From an uncultured Clostridia bacterium (GTDB taxonomy: Bacteria > Bacillota > Clostridia > Christensenellales > CAG-314), in assembly GCA_947570215.1 (NCBI GenBank), contig CANOTO010000007.1:31537-95536 (forward strand): a stretch of DNA of 64,000 nucleotides. Direction: 5' to 3'. The stretch's first letter is position 1, and each line of letters starts with the position of its first letter. Shown one piece after another: positions 18,132-28,367 of this stretch. The notes under the pieces were generated by a model. That model saw nothing but the letters and a program-made list of their open reading frames with translations. It was not told where the DNA came from and did no database searches. The position numbers and the translations under genes are program-made.

Positions 18132-20504
18132 ATGAAATTACCGCTTTCTTGGATACGTGATTACGTTGATATAACTGAAGATATAGAAACTTTGTGTAAA
18201 AAAATGGTGGATATCGGACTCGAGATAGAAGAAGTAGTATATCTCGGCGAACACGTTACCAACGTCAAAGTATGTCAGATAAAAGAAATATCTCAGCATC
18301 CCAATGCAGAGCGCTTGCTTTGCTGCAAAGTAGATATCGGCACAGAGATTTTGCCGATAGTAACTAACGACCATAACGTAAAAGTCGGAGATAAGGTTCC
18401 CGTAGCTTTGCATAACGCCGACCTTGCAAACGGCTTGCATATCACAAAAGGAAAAATGCGCGGAGAAGAATCCTATGGCATGTTTTGCGGTGCGGAAGAA
18501 TTGGGCATCAACTCCGATATGTATCCCAATGCCGACAAGGACGGCGTGCTGATATTAAACGCCGACGCGCAAGTAGGTCAAGATATACGGCAAGAAGTAG
18601 GAATTGACGATTACGTATTGGACGTAAACGTTACCGCCAACCGCCAGGACTGCAACAGCGTTTTGGGGCTTGCGCGCGAAGTTGCCGTTGCGCTTGGCAA
18701 AGATTGCAAGCAACCCGACATTTCGTATTCCGAAACGGGAAATGCTACCAACGACTTGGTAACGGTTAACGTTGAGGCGTCGGATATATGCAAGGGATAC
18801 TTTATGCAAGGGCTAACCGACGTTAAAATAGGCCAGTCGCCGTTGTGGCTCACAAGCCGACTGGCAAAGGTAGGACTGCGCGGAATAAACAATTTAGTGG
18901 ATATAACTAATTACGTTTTGTTCGAAATAGGACAGCCTATGCACGCGTTTGATTGCGACGATATAGCCGATAAAACGATAGTTGTGCGCAGAGCCTGCAA
19001 CGGAGAAAAAATCGTCCCGCTTGACGGCAAAGAGTACGTATTGAATTCCGACGATTTGGTAATAGCGGATAAGCTACGGGCGGTTGGCTTGGCGGGTATT
19101 ATGGGCGGAGCAAATTCGGAAATAAAAGAAAGCACCGCTTGCGTTCTGTTCGAATCCGCTTCCTTCGCACGAATGAATGTACGCCGTACAAGCAGAAGAT
19201 TGGGCTTGCGTTCCGATTCGTCCGCGCGTTTCGAAAAAGGCATAGAAACCTACACAAATAACTTAGGACTGTCCAGAGCGCTGCATTTGGCGGAACAGCT
19301 CGGCTGCGGCAAGGTTACTCGCGGAAGAATATCTGTAGGAGAAGTAGCGGGAGACAGAACAATCACGCTTCCGACAGAACGGATAAAAAGTCTGCTCGGC
19401 ATAGTTATACCCGACGACAGAATTGTTGCTATATTAAAATCGCTGAACATAGGCGCGACTATTGCAGACGGAACGCTTAGCTGCACAGTTCCGCCGTATC
19501 GCGACGATATAACGCGCGATTGCGATATTGTTGAAGAACTGATTCGCGTCTATGGCTACGATAACATTAAGGGAACATTGCTGGAAGGTTCGCATGTTAC
19601 CTGCGGCGGGAAAACGACTGAAAGCGACAATTGCGACAAAATACGAGAAATGCTGTGCGGACTGCGCTACAACGAATGCATATTATATCCTTTCGGCGGA
19701 AAGGAATTATTTGCAAAGGCAAGCAGCGCACCGATAGATGAAAGCCAATATATACGCTTGCTTAATCCTATCGGCGAAGAAGTGTCGCTGATGAACAGAG
19801 AATTAGCCCCCGCTATGCTTCAATGCGCGGCGCTTAATATGTCTCGCAACAACGGCGATATAAGAATGTTCGAAATAGGCAAAGCGTATTTAGCGGACAG
19901 CTTGCCGTTGACGGCACTGCCCCGCGAGCAACTGCGCTTATCTATGTGCGCTACGGGAACCGACTTCGACGCTTTCCGTCAAGACGTATTACAAGTAACG
20001 CGTTATTTTATACGCGACAAATTGAAGCTGATCCGTTCCGCGTCCCCCATATTACACCCGGGAATTTCCGCGGAAATATTGTCGGGAGAAGAAAATTTGG
20101 GATATTTCGGAAGAATCCACCCGAAGGTTGCGTCCAACTTCGATATCGGCACGGACTGTATGTACGCAGAACTGTATTTAGACAAGCTAATGCGCGATCG
20201 CTCGGAAATAAAATTCCGTCCGTTTGCGAAATATCCGTCTATATCGCGCGACTTTGCCTTCCTTTGCGACGAAGACGTTGCTGCGCAGGACATACTGAAC
20301 GAATTTGACGCGTTAAGCTTAGCGGAAAATTGCTGTCTGTTCGACGTATATCGCGGCGAGCAATTGGGCGAGAATAAAAAAAGCTTGGCGGTATCAGTAG
20401 TATTCCGCGATAAAAACAGGACTTTGCAGGATTCCGACGTGGAAAAGCAAATAAGCAAGGCTCTTAAAAATATTCAGGCAAAATACGGCGCAACATTGCG
20501 TTAG
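18132..20504 (+). CDS. pheT: Phenylalanine--tRNA ligase beta subunit
   Basis: 790 aa. N-terminal MKLPLSWIRDYV, with tRNA-binding, B3/4, B5 and FDX-ACB domain order. Confidence 0.95.
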   Translation: MKLPLSWIRDYVDITEDIETLCKKMVDIGLEIEEVVYLGEHVTNVKVCQIKEISQHPNAERLLCCKVDIGTEILPIVTNDHNVKVGDKVPVALHNADLANGLHITKGKMRGEESYGMFCGAEELGINSDMYPNADKDGVLILNADAQVGQDIRQEVGIDDYVLDVNVTANRQDCNSVLGLAREVAVALGKDCKQPDISYSETGNATNDLVTVNVEASDICKGYFMQGLTDVKIGQSPLWLTSRLAKVGLRGINNLVDITNYVLFEIGQPMHAFDCDDIADKTIVVRRACNGEKIVPLDGKEYVLNSDDLVIADKLRAVGLAGIMGGANSEIKESTACVLFESASFARMNVRRTSRRLGLRSDSSARFEKGIETYTNNLGLSRALHLAEQLGCGKVTRGRISVGEVAGDRTITLPTERIKSLLGIVIPDDRIVAILKSLNIGATIADGTLSCTVPPYRDDITRDCDIVEELIRVYGYDNIKGTLLEGSHVTCGGKTTESDNCDKIREMLCGLRYNECILYPFGGKELFAKASSAPIDESQYIRLLNPIGEEVSLMNRELAPAMLQCAALNMSRNNGDIRMFEIGKAYLADSLPLTALPREQLRLSMCATGTDFDAFRQDVLQVTRYFIRDKLKLIRSASPILHPGISAEILSGEENLGYFGRIHPKVASNFDIGTDCMYAELYLDKLMRDRSEIKFRPFAKYPSISRDFAFLCDEDVAAQDILNEFDALSLAENCCLFDVYRGEQLGENKKSLAVSVVFRDKNRTLQDSDVEKQISKALKNIQAKYGATLR

Positions 20505-20518
20505 ATAAAGGAGTAATT

Positions 20519-22756
20519 TTGGATAAGCAAGCGCGAAAGCTTGAAATATTGGCACCGGCAGGCAGTACGGAACAGCTGATATCAGCTGTTAATAACGGCT
20601 GCGACGCGGTATATTTGGGCTTGGACAGCTTTAATGCGCGTATGAAAGCTCCCAATTTTACATTGGAAAATCTTCGCGCGCACGTGCGTTATTGCCATCT
20701 ATTCGGCGTAAAGGTTTTTGTGGCAATCAATACTTCCGTTAAAAATACCGAATTTGCGCAAGCGGCGCAATTGCTGCTTGACGCATACAAGCTTAATGTA
20801 GACGGCGTGATAATAACCGACCTTGCGCTAATGAAATTGGCAGCAACTCTTCCTAAGCCCTTCGAAGTTGTTGCAAGCACACAGCTTAACGTTCACGATA
20901 GAAGCGGAGCGCAATTTGTAAAAAACGCGGGAGCGACAACTGTCGTATGCGCAAGAGAATGCGATTTGGACAATATTCGCGACATAGCGTCAGTGGGGAT
21001 AAAGGTAGAATGCTTTTTGCACGGGGCGTTGTGCGTTTGTCAATCGGGACAGTGTCTTTTCTCGTCTATGGTCGGCGGCAACAGCGGAAACCGCGGACTG
21101 TGCGCTCAGCCATGCCGCAAGAAGTATACGTCAAACGCCGACGGTTACGGCGGCTATTTGCTGTCCGCGCGAGATATATGCGGAATTACTACGGCAAAGC
21201 TGCTTGCCGATGCCGGAGCTACAACTTTCAAAATAGAAGGACGCAACCGCCGCGCAGAATACGCCGGTATTACATCGCGCGCATACCGAAAAGCATTTGA
21301 TAAAGACTTTGAATTTGACGTTAAAGACGTGCACAATCTCAAAGAAATGTACAATCGTGGTATGTCGGACAATAACTACCTTTTAGGCAAAAACGATGAT
21401 ATAATATACGATAAGCTGCAAAATCATTCGGGGGTTTTCGTCGGAACCGTCAAAGGCGGCGGCGTAAATTCTACTGTCTGCTTAAATAAAGGCGACGGGC
21501 TAAAAATTTTATACGACGGAGTAGAAGTGTGCGGCGGAGTTGCGCTGGAAACAGGCAATGGATACATAAGAGCCGCGTTTGACGGTAAAATTGCGGACGG
21601 CATGGAAGCTTATAGGACGACTTCGGTTACATTGCTGAACGATATATCTTCTGTTAAAAGAAAACTTAACGTTCGCTTGCTTTTTAGCGCTACGGCGGGG
21701 CAAAAAGCTGTTATTACCGCAAAATTTCAAAATATAAAAGTAACAGCAGAAAGCAGCTTTGTAGTTGAATCTGCTGTAAATAAGCCTACCAACGAAGAAG
21801 AAATAGCTCAACAATTACGAAAAACAGGCGAAACTCACTATACTATTTCTGACATAGATATTGTTTTGGGCAAGATATTCATCGCTAAATCGCAAGTAAA
21901 TGCGTTACGCAGAGAAGTTCTCGATTGTCTGACGGAGTCGATCATTGCTAATTATGAAAAAACGTTTGCAGACAGAATCTCGGTTGATTTACCGCTGCCG
22001 AACATAAGCGCAGTTTCAAAGGAACACGCATGTGCGGTTGTGTGCTATTCGGAAAGGGAATTAAAAGACAGCGCGAAAGATGCGGAGTATTTAATATATA
22101 AACCCGAAATTATAGACGCTGCCGCAATGAAAATCGCTTGCGCGCACGGCGCGTATTTGGATATTCCTCCGTCGGCAAGCGATGCGTATTTAATGCGTTT
22201 ACTCGACAGCGGCAAGGTCGGCTTGGTTTGTCACAACGTTTCGCACGCGCAGCTTGCGAAAAAATTTGCATTGAACTACATTGCGGGAAGCGGACTTAAT
22301 ATATTCAACGATTATATTGCAAGCTTTTTTGACGACGCGGACACGTTCGTATACTCTATGGAGCTGTCGTTAAAAGAAATATCCGCTTTTCGAAACCAAA
22401 CAGGATTGATCTTTGTTGATGGCGGAATTACGCTAATGAAGATGTTGCATTGTCCGTACAAATCAATTTACCGCTGCGACTGCGCAGACTGCAAAGCAAA
22501 TAACGAATTGATTTACCGCGACGAATTGGGGAACGAATTTAATATACGGCGGCGGCGCGACGGCAAATGCAGTTTCGAACTGATAAACGGAAAGAAGCTT
22601 TCCGCCGCAGCAAAAATTTTCCACGCGGGAAGATATTTATTCGATTATGACAAATCCGTGCTTGCGCATTATGCCGCATTGAATAACGGCGTTTGCGACG
22701 GCTACACGGAAAAGTCTCCGTACACCAAGGGGCGACTGTTTAGTAAGATACGTTGA
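20519..22756 (+). CDS. Peptidase U32 family protein, long form
   Basis: N-terminal U32 signature (LAPAGS..., GCDAVYLGLDSFNARM, E.F.HGALC...C.S). 745 aa with a long C-terminal extension. Confidence 0.8.
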   Translation: MDKQARKLEILAPAGSTEQLISAVNNGCDAVYLGLDSFNARMKAPNFTLENLRAHVRYCHLFGVKVFVAINTSVKNTEFAQAAQLLLDAYKLNVDGVIITDLALMKLAATLPKPFEVVASTQLNVHDRSGAQFVKNAGATTVVCARECDLDNIRDIASVGIKVECFLHGALCVCQSGQCLFSSMVGGNSGNRGLCAQPCRKKYTSNADGYGGYLLSARDICGITTAKLLADAGATTFKIEGRNRRAEYAGITSRAYRKAFDKDFEFDVKDVHNLKEMYNRGMSDNNYLLGKNDDIIYDKLQNHSGVFVGTVKGGGVNSTVCLNKGDGLKILYDGVEVCGGVALETGNGYIRAAFDGKIADGMEAYRTTSVTLLNDISSVKRKLNVRLLFSATAGQKAVITAKFQNIKVTAESSFVVESAVNKPTNEEEIAQQLRKTGETHYTISDIDIVLGKIFIAKSQVNALRREVLDCLTESIIANYEKTFADRISVDLPLPNISAVSKEHACAVVCYSERELKDSAKDAEYLIYKPEIIDAAAMKIACAHGAYLDIPPSASDAYLMRLLDSGKVGLVCHNVSHAQLAKKFALNYIAGSGLNIFNDYIASFFDDADTFVYSMELSLKEISAFRNQTGLIFVDGGITLMKMLHCPYKSIYRCDCADCKANNELIYRDELGNEFNIRRRRDGKCSFELINGKKLSAAAKIFHAGRYLFDYDKSVLAHYAALNNGVCDGYTEKSPYTKGRLFSKIR

Positions 22757-22786
22757 CGCGTAAAGGCGTTTGCCAAATGAAATATT

Positions 22787-25171
22787 ATGATAAACTCTAA
22801 AACGTTAATAAAACTCCAATATAAGGATATTTTGCAGGCGGTAAGCGCTTTTGCAGTAAGCTCGGTTGCCAAAAATAAGGTTTTGAACCTTGCTCCCGCG
22901 GAAACAGCGGAGCAGGCGCACGCTTTACTTGACGAGACGCGCCAAGCCTACGATTTGTTTCAATACGAAACGTCATACGATTTGGCCGTGGACGACGCAA
23001 GCGAAATATGCTCGCTTGCACGAGTCGGGTCGTGCTTGTCGATGGGGCAGCTGCTTCAAATAATGCGCATACTGAGAACTTCACGAAGCTTGCAGTCCGC
23101 TCTTATGATAGATTACGGTATTGACACGTCGTTGCTTAGAGCCAAAGCTTACGCGCTGTATACCGATAAGGAATTGGAAGACGACATAGACTTTGCGATA
23201 CTTTCCGAAGAAGAAATGAACGATAAAGCTTCTACGGAGTTGTACAACATTCGCAAGAAAATAAAATCGATAAACGCGGACATTAAACAAAAGCTTCAGA
23301 GCTACACAAAAAGCGGCGAAATGTCCAAGTATTTGCAGGATTCTATCGTTACATTGCGCGGGGACAGATATGTTATTCCAGTAAAGCAGGAGTATAAATC
23401 CTTTGTGAGCGGGATTGTGCACGATCAATCTGCGACGGGCGCTACGTTATTTGTCGAGCCAATGGCGATAGTTCAACTTAACAACGCATTACGCGAAGCG
23501 ACCTTGGAAGAAAAAGCCGAAATTCAACGCATATTGCAGGCCTTTACGGACAGAATTTCGCCTAACGCCGCAAAAATCGTGGTTTCTCAGAATACTGTGA
23601 GCGATATAGACGTTATTTTCAGTAAGGTAAAATACGCGTTGGAAAATAAGTGTACGCTGCCTGTTATGAACGATAACGGCGTTATTAATCTAAAAAAAGC
23701 GCGCCACCCACTGTTAAATAAGGACAAAGTCGTGCCTATATCCATAAAGTTGGGCGACGAATACGATATAATTGTTATTACCGGTCCGAATACGGGCGGA
23801 AAAACCGTTACGCTAAAAACCGTCGGCTTATTATGCGCTATGGCGATGACGGGGCTGTTTATTCCGTGTATAGAAGAAAGCGAAGTATCGTTCTATAAAG
23901 ATATTTTGTGCGATATCGGCGACGAACAGAGCATAGAGCAGAATTTATCCACATTTTCGGGGCATATAACCAATTTGCGGGATATTCTGAACGTCGCCGC
24001 AGGGGGTAATTTGGTTCTAATAGACGAAGTGGGCGCGGGAACCGAGCCTAACGAAGGAACCGCGCTTGCGCTTGCAGTTACTGAATTTTTACGGAAAAGC
24101 GGCGCCAAATGCATTATAACAACGCACTACGGCAAATTGAAGGAGTATTCGTTGACAACCGACAGGGTAGAAAACGCGTCGATGGAGTTCGATCTTCAAA
24201 CGCTTGCCCCCACATACAGACTGATAATGGGCGTGCCTGGCAGCTCAAACGCAATAGCGATAGCTTCCAAGTTGGGCTTACGTCAAGACGTAATAGACTT
24301 TGCGCGCAGTAACGTTTCCGACGAAAAGCTCGCCTTCGAAAGAGTTATTCAAAACGCCGACGAAATACGTAAGGATTACGAAAGAAAGTTAGCAGAATTA
24401 GCCGAAGAAAAACGCTTGCTGCTTGCGGAAAAGGCTCGCGCCGAGAAGCTGAACAGCAGTTTGTTGAACGAAAGAAACAAGTTGTTGGAAGGCTCGCGCG
24501 AAGAAGCCCGTAAAATAGTTGCCAAAGCAAAGGCGGACGCAGGAGAGCTTATAGGAGAAATCAAAGAAATTCTCCGTCGCGACGTAGTGTCGGACAAGGA
24601 CTTGTTCGCAGCCCGCACAACAGCGAAGAAAATCGACGACATTGACATATCCGACGATAAAGACCAAGAAGAAGTGGTTATATTTACCGGAGATAAGGTG
24701 GATTTCGACAAGTTGAAGGTAGGCGATACGGCGTACTCTAAGAAGCTGAACGTACAGGTGCGCATAACAGAAATACGCTCGAAATCACGTATTAAAGTTA
24801 AATGCGGAAATATGGCGACAGAAGTGTCGGCGGACGATCTGTATTACGCAAAGGCTGAAATAAATAAAAAAGCAGCGCGTTTTCGGCAAGGGAAGTCGGA
24901 GCCCAAAACGAAAATAAATACGCGCAGCATAAATAATGAGCTGAATGTTATAGGACAAACTGTTGACGAAGCGATAGCCAACGTAGACGCTTTCATCGAT
25001 TCGGCAGTACTTACCGGCTTGTCGCAATTGTGGATAATTCACGGAATGGGTACGGGAAAGCTGCGCGCAGGACTGCACGAGCATTTCCGAAAACATCCCA
25101 ATGTTGCAGAATTTAGGCTGGGCGCGTACGGAGAAGGCGAAAGCGGCGTCACCGTAATAACACTGAAATAA
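22787..25171 (+). CDS. mutS2: Endonuclease MutS2
   Basis: Walker A motif ITGPNTGGKT, a coiled-coil linker, and a C-terminal Smr domain (IIHGMGTGKLR). Confidence 0.9.
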   Translation: MINSKTLIKLQYKDILQAVSAFAVSSVAKNKVLNLAPAETAEQAHALLDETRQAYDLFQYETSYDLAVDDASEICSLARVGSCLSMGQLLQIMRILRTSRSLQSALMIDYGIDTSLLRAKAYALYTDKELEDDIDFAILSEEEMNDKASTELYNIRKKIKSINADIKQKLQSYTKSGEMSKYLQDSIVTLRGDRYVIPVKQEYKSFVSGIVHDQSATGATLFVEPMAIVQLNNALREATLEEKAEIQRILQAFTDRISPNAAKIVVSQNTVSDIDVIFSKVKYALENKCTLPVMNDNGVINLKKARHPLLNKDKVVPISIKLGDEYDIIVITGPNTGGKTVTLKTVGLLCAMAMTGLFIPCIEESEVSFYKDILCDIGDEQSIEQNLSTFSGHITNLRDILNVAAGGNLVLIDEVGAGTEPNEGTALALAVTEFLRKSGAKCIITTHYGKLKEYSLTTDRVENASMEFDLQTLAPTYRLIMGVPGSSNAIAIASKLGLRQDVIDFARSNVSDEKLAFERVIQNADEIRKDYERKLAELAEEKRLLLAEKARAEKLNSSLLNERNKLLEGSREEARKIVAKAKADAGELIGEIKEILRRDVVSDKDLFAARTTAKKIDDIDISDDKDQEEVVIFTGDKVDFDKLKVGDTAYSKKLNVQVRITEIRSKSRIKVKCGNMATEVSADDLYYAKAEINKKAARFRQGKSEPKTKINTRSINNELNVIGQTVDEAIANVDAFIDSAVLTGLSQLWIIHGMGTGKLRAGLHEHFRKHPNVAEFRLGAYGEGESGVTVITLK

Positions 25172-25260
25172 GCAGAATTTGACCGAAATATTCCGTCGAA
25201 CTACGAAAAATAGGAAAATGCAGAATATTATGTCAAACATAATATTACTTTGGAGCGACA

Positions 25261-26397
25261 ATGATACATTATTTTGATAATTGCGCGACGACGCGCGTGG
25301 ACGATGAAGTGCAGAAGATATTGTCACGTTACGCCGCGGAAATATATTTCAATCCGTCTGCAAGAAGCACTTACAGCTTAAACGTCGCCAACGATATTAC
25401 CGCGGCAAGACGGAACATCGCCCGTATGTTGGGCGTAAGCGACGCGGAAATATACTTTACTTCCGGCGGTACGGAATCGGACAACATTGCCATACTGGGA
25501 AGCCTACGCGCAAAGCGCGGCAACGTTGTAATAAGCCTTATAGAGCATTCTGCCGCTTACAATACCGTAGCCGAGCTGTCTAATCGCGGATACGAAGTGC
25601 GCGTCGCCAAGACCCTTTCCGACGGGCATATCGACGCAGACGACTTTGCAAGTAAGGTTGACGAACAAACCGTACTGGCTTGCTTTATGCACGTCAGCAA
25701 CGAGACGGGAGCGATAAACGACGTGCGAGCTATTAACGCAATGGTCAAGGCAAAAAACGCCGATACGGTCACCTTTTCCGACGGAGTGCAGGCTTTAGGT
25801 AAAATTCCCGTTAATTTACGTTACTTCGGAGTAGATTTGTACTCGTTCGCTTCGCACAAAATTCACGGAAGCAAGGGCGTGGGCGGACTGTACGTTAAAA
25901 ACAATTTGAAAATTTCTCCGTTGCTGCACGGCGGCGGACAGGAGAAAGGACTGCGCTCCGGCACCGAATTTGTAGGCGGAATTGCAGGATTTGCCAAAGC
26001 AATAGAACTTGCCTGTGACAATTTGGCGGCAAACGCGCATAATTTTACGGAATACAAGCAAATAATACGCGACGCGCTTTCTTCTGTTTCGGATTGGAAA
26101 GAAAATTGTACGGAAAACGTTTCTCCCGCAATTATGTCGTTGGCCTTTGCTGACATTAAAGGAGAAGTACTCGTGCATATGTTAGAAAAGTATGATATAA
26201 TAATCGGAACGGGCTCGGCTTGCAGCTCTAAAAACAAACAAAGCAGATTTGCAAAGGCGATAGGACTCGAAGCGAAATATACCGAAGGAGTAATACGCAT
26301 AAGCTTTTCCAAGTACAACACTCGGGAAGAAGCCGAGCTGCTTGCGGAAAAGCTTAGATTGTGCATTACGGAACTTCGCAAAACAATGTTAGGATAG
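25261..26397 (+). CDS. iscS: Cysteine desulfurase (NifS/IscS family)
   Basis: PLP-lysine motif SHKIHGSKGVGGLY, a C-terminal active-site GSACSS, and pairing with thiI. Confidence 0.85.
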   Translation: MIHYFDNCATTRVDDEVQKILSRYAAEIYFNPSARSTYSLNVANDITAARRNIARMLGVSDAEIYFTSGGTESDNIAILGSLRAKRGNVVISLIEHSAAYNTVAELSNRGYEVRVAKTLSDGHIDADDFASKVDEQTVLACFMHVSNETGAINDVRAINAMVKAKNADTVTFSDGVQALGKIPVNLRYFGVDLYSFASHKIHGSKGVGGLYVKNNLKISPLLHGGGQEKGLRSGTEFVGGIAGFAKAIELACDNLAANAHNFTEYKQIIRDALSSVSDWKENCTENVSPAIMSLAFADIKGEVLVHMLEKYDIIIGTGSACSSKNKQSRFAKAIGLEAKYTEGVIRISFSKYNTREEAELLAEKLRLCITELRKTMLG

Positions 26398-26403
26398 GTG
26401 CAT

Positions 26404-27555
26404 ATGAAAGTAATTATTATCAGATATTCAGAAATTCACTTAAAGGGTAATAACCGCGAATTTTTCGAAAGCGCGCTGATATCAAATATCAAAGCAGCGC
26501 TTAAAGGTTTCGAATACGATTTCTCACGCACGAACGGACGTTACGTAATTAGAAATTTCGACGAAACGCGGCTGGATGATATAACGGATATAGTAAAAAA
26601 CGTCTTCGGAGTGCATTCGTTAAGCGTTGCAGAAGAAGTAACTTCCGATTACGACGAAATCAAGCGCGCCGCATTACTTTTTGCGCCCGCGGCGGGATCG
26701 TTCAAGGTGTCGACCAACCGCGCCGACAAGCGTTTTCCTATGCCGTCGATGAAGGTATCGTCGGAGATAGGCGGAGAAATACTGGAAAAGCACCCCAACC
26801 TTACGGTAGATTTGTTCAATCCGCAGAACGTCGTCAATATAGACATTCGCGAAAACGGCAAAACGTTTGTTTTCAGTCAAATAATAAAAGCGGTTAACGG
26901 TATGCCCGTAGGCACAGGCGGCAAAGGAATTGTGATGCTTTCCGGCGGAATAGACAGCCCCGTAGCGGCCTATATGATGGCTAAACGCGGAATGACGCTG
27001 CGAGCGCTGCATTTTCACAGTTTTCCGTATACAAGTATGCAAGCCAAGCAAAAGGTATTGGATTTAGCGAAAATAATAAAGAAATACACACTGCATTTGA
27101 CTGTCGACGTGGTAAGTTTTACCGAAATTCAAACTGCCATTCACGAAAAATGTCCCGAAGAATATATGATTACAATCATGCGTCGTTTTATGATGCGTAT
27201 TGCCGAACGCATTGCAAAAAACAACAATGCGGGAGCAATTATTACAGGTGAAAGCTTAGGACAGGTTGCGAGCCAAACCTTGGAAAGTTTGACAAGCACA
27301 AACTCCGTTGCTACGCTTCCGATATTCCGTCCTTTGATAGGCTTCGATAAAGACGAAATAATAGAAATATCTCAAAAAATCGGAGCGTTTGAAACGTCGA
27401 TACTTCCGTATGAAGACTGCTGTACCATATTTTTGCCGAAACGTCCCGTAACCAAACCCCGACTTTCGGCTGTTGAGAAGGTAGAAAGCGTTTTGGACGC
27501 GGACGCTTTGGTAGACAACGCTCTTGACAACATAGAAACCGTTGTAATCGATTGA
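26404..27555 (+). CDS. thiI: tRNA 4-thiouridine synthase ThiI
   Basis: THUMP N-terminus (RYSEIHLKGNNR) and the PP-loop LSGGIDSPVAAY. Confidence 0.9.
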   Translation: MKVIIIRYSEIHLKGNNREFFESALISNIKAALKGFEYDFSRTNGRYVIRNFDETRLDDITDIVKNVFGVHSLSVAEEVTSDYDEIKRAALLFAPAAGSFKVSTNRADKRFPMPSMKVSSEIGGEILEKHPNLTVDLFNPQNVVNIDIRENGKTFVFSQIIKAVNGMPVGTGGKGIVMLSGGIDSPVAAYMMAKRGMTLRALHFHSFPYTSMQAKQKVLDLAKIIKKYTLHLTVDVVSFTEIQTAIHEKCPEEYMITIMRRFMMRIAERIAKNNNAGAIITGESLGQVASQTLESLTSTNSVATLPIFRPLIGFDKDEIIEISQKIGAFETSILPYEDCCTIFLPKRPVTKPRLSAVEKVESVLDADALVDNALDNIETVVID

Positions 27556-27607
27556 TGAGATATAATTATGCATACGGCTTGTCGGCCTGACGCAGTCTGA
27601 CAGCGTT

Positions 27608-28321
27608 ATGCGCGCGCAGAACAACGTACGCTTTAATGCTCTGTTATGCAACAATTTTTTTGTAATAAAGCATAAACAAATCGTTACAGATAAGCTGATT
27701 CCTTTCGGGTTCGAGCAAAGCGATCAGGGATTTGCTTTTTCCAAATATATATTAGACGGACAATTCGACTTAAAACTGTTCGTTAAGAACGGAGAGCTTT
27801 TCTCCTGCCTTACCGAACGAGAGTTTGGCAACGAATACGTATTACATCTCATTGCAGACGCGCAAGGCGAATTTGTAGGCAAAGTTAAAGCCGAATACAA
27901 CTGCGTATTAGATAAATTCATCGAAAGCTGCTGCGAAACTAACGTGTTCCGAAGCGAGCAAGCATGCGCAGTAATAGAGTACGTACGCAAATCATACGGC
28001 GACGAATTACAGTATTTGTGGGAAAAGTTTCCCGAAAACGCAGTTTTCAAAAGAAAAGACACGCAAACCCGGTACGCGGTTTTGCTTGTCGTTTCTCGCA
28101 GAAAAATCGGCTTTGATTCGGACGAAAAAAACGATATTATCTACCTGCGTATGCGTCCCGACAACGCCGAAAAGCTGATAGACGGTAAAGTATATCTTCC
28201 CGGCTATCATATGAATAAAAAGAATTGGTTTGCCGTTGTGTTAGACGGAAGCGCGCCTACGGAAGAAATTTTCCGCAGAATAGACGATAGCTATAGTTTG
28301 GCAAACAAAAAGTGCAAATAA
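27608..28321 (+). CDS. MmcQ/YjbR-family protein with an N-terminal extension
   Basis: The C-terminal half (YLWEKFPENAVFKRKD...YLPGYHMNKKNWFAVVLDG) resembles YjbR/MmcQ domains. The only in-frame canonical start is ATG 27608. Confidence 0.55.
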   Translation: MRAQNNVRFNALLCNNFFVIKHKQIVTDKLIPFGFEQSDQGFAFSKYILDGQFDLKLFVKNGELFSCLTEREFGNEYVLHLIADAQGEFVGKVKAEYNCVLDKFIESCCETNVFRSEQACAVIEYVRKSYGDELQYLWEKFPENAVFKRKDTQTRYAVLLVVSRRKIGFDSDEKNDIIYLRMRPDNAEKLIDGKVYLPGYHMNKKNWFAVVLDGSAPTEEIFRRIDDSYSLANKKCK

Positions 28322-28367
28322 TCTGCGCGTTATTTGCACTTTTGTTTATTTTGTTATTTTTTCGATT

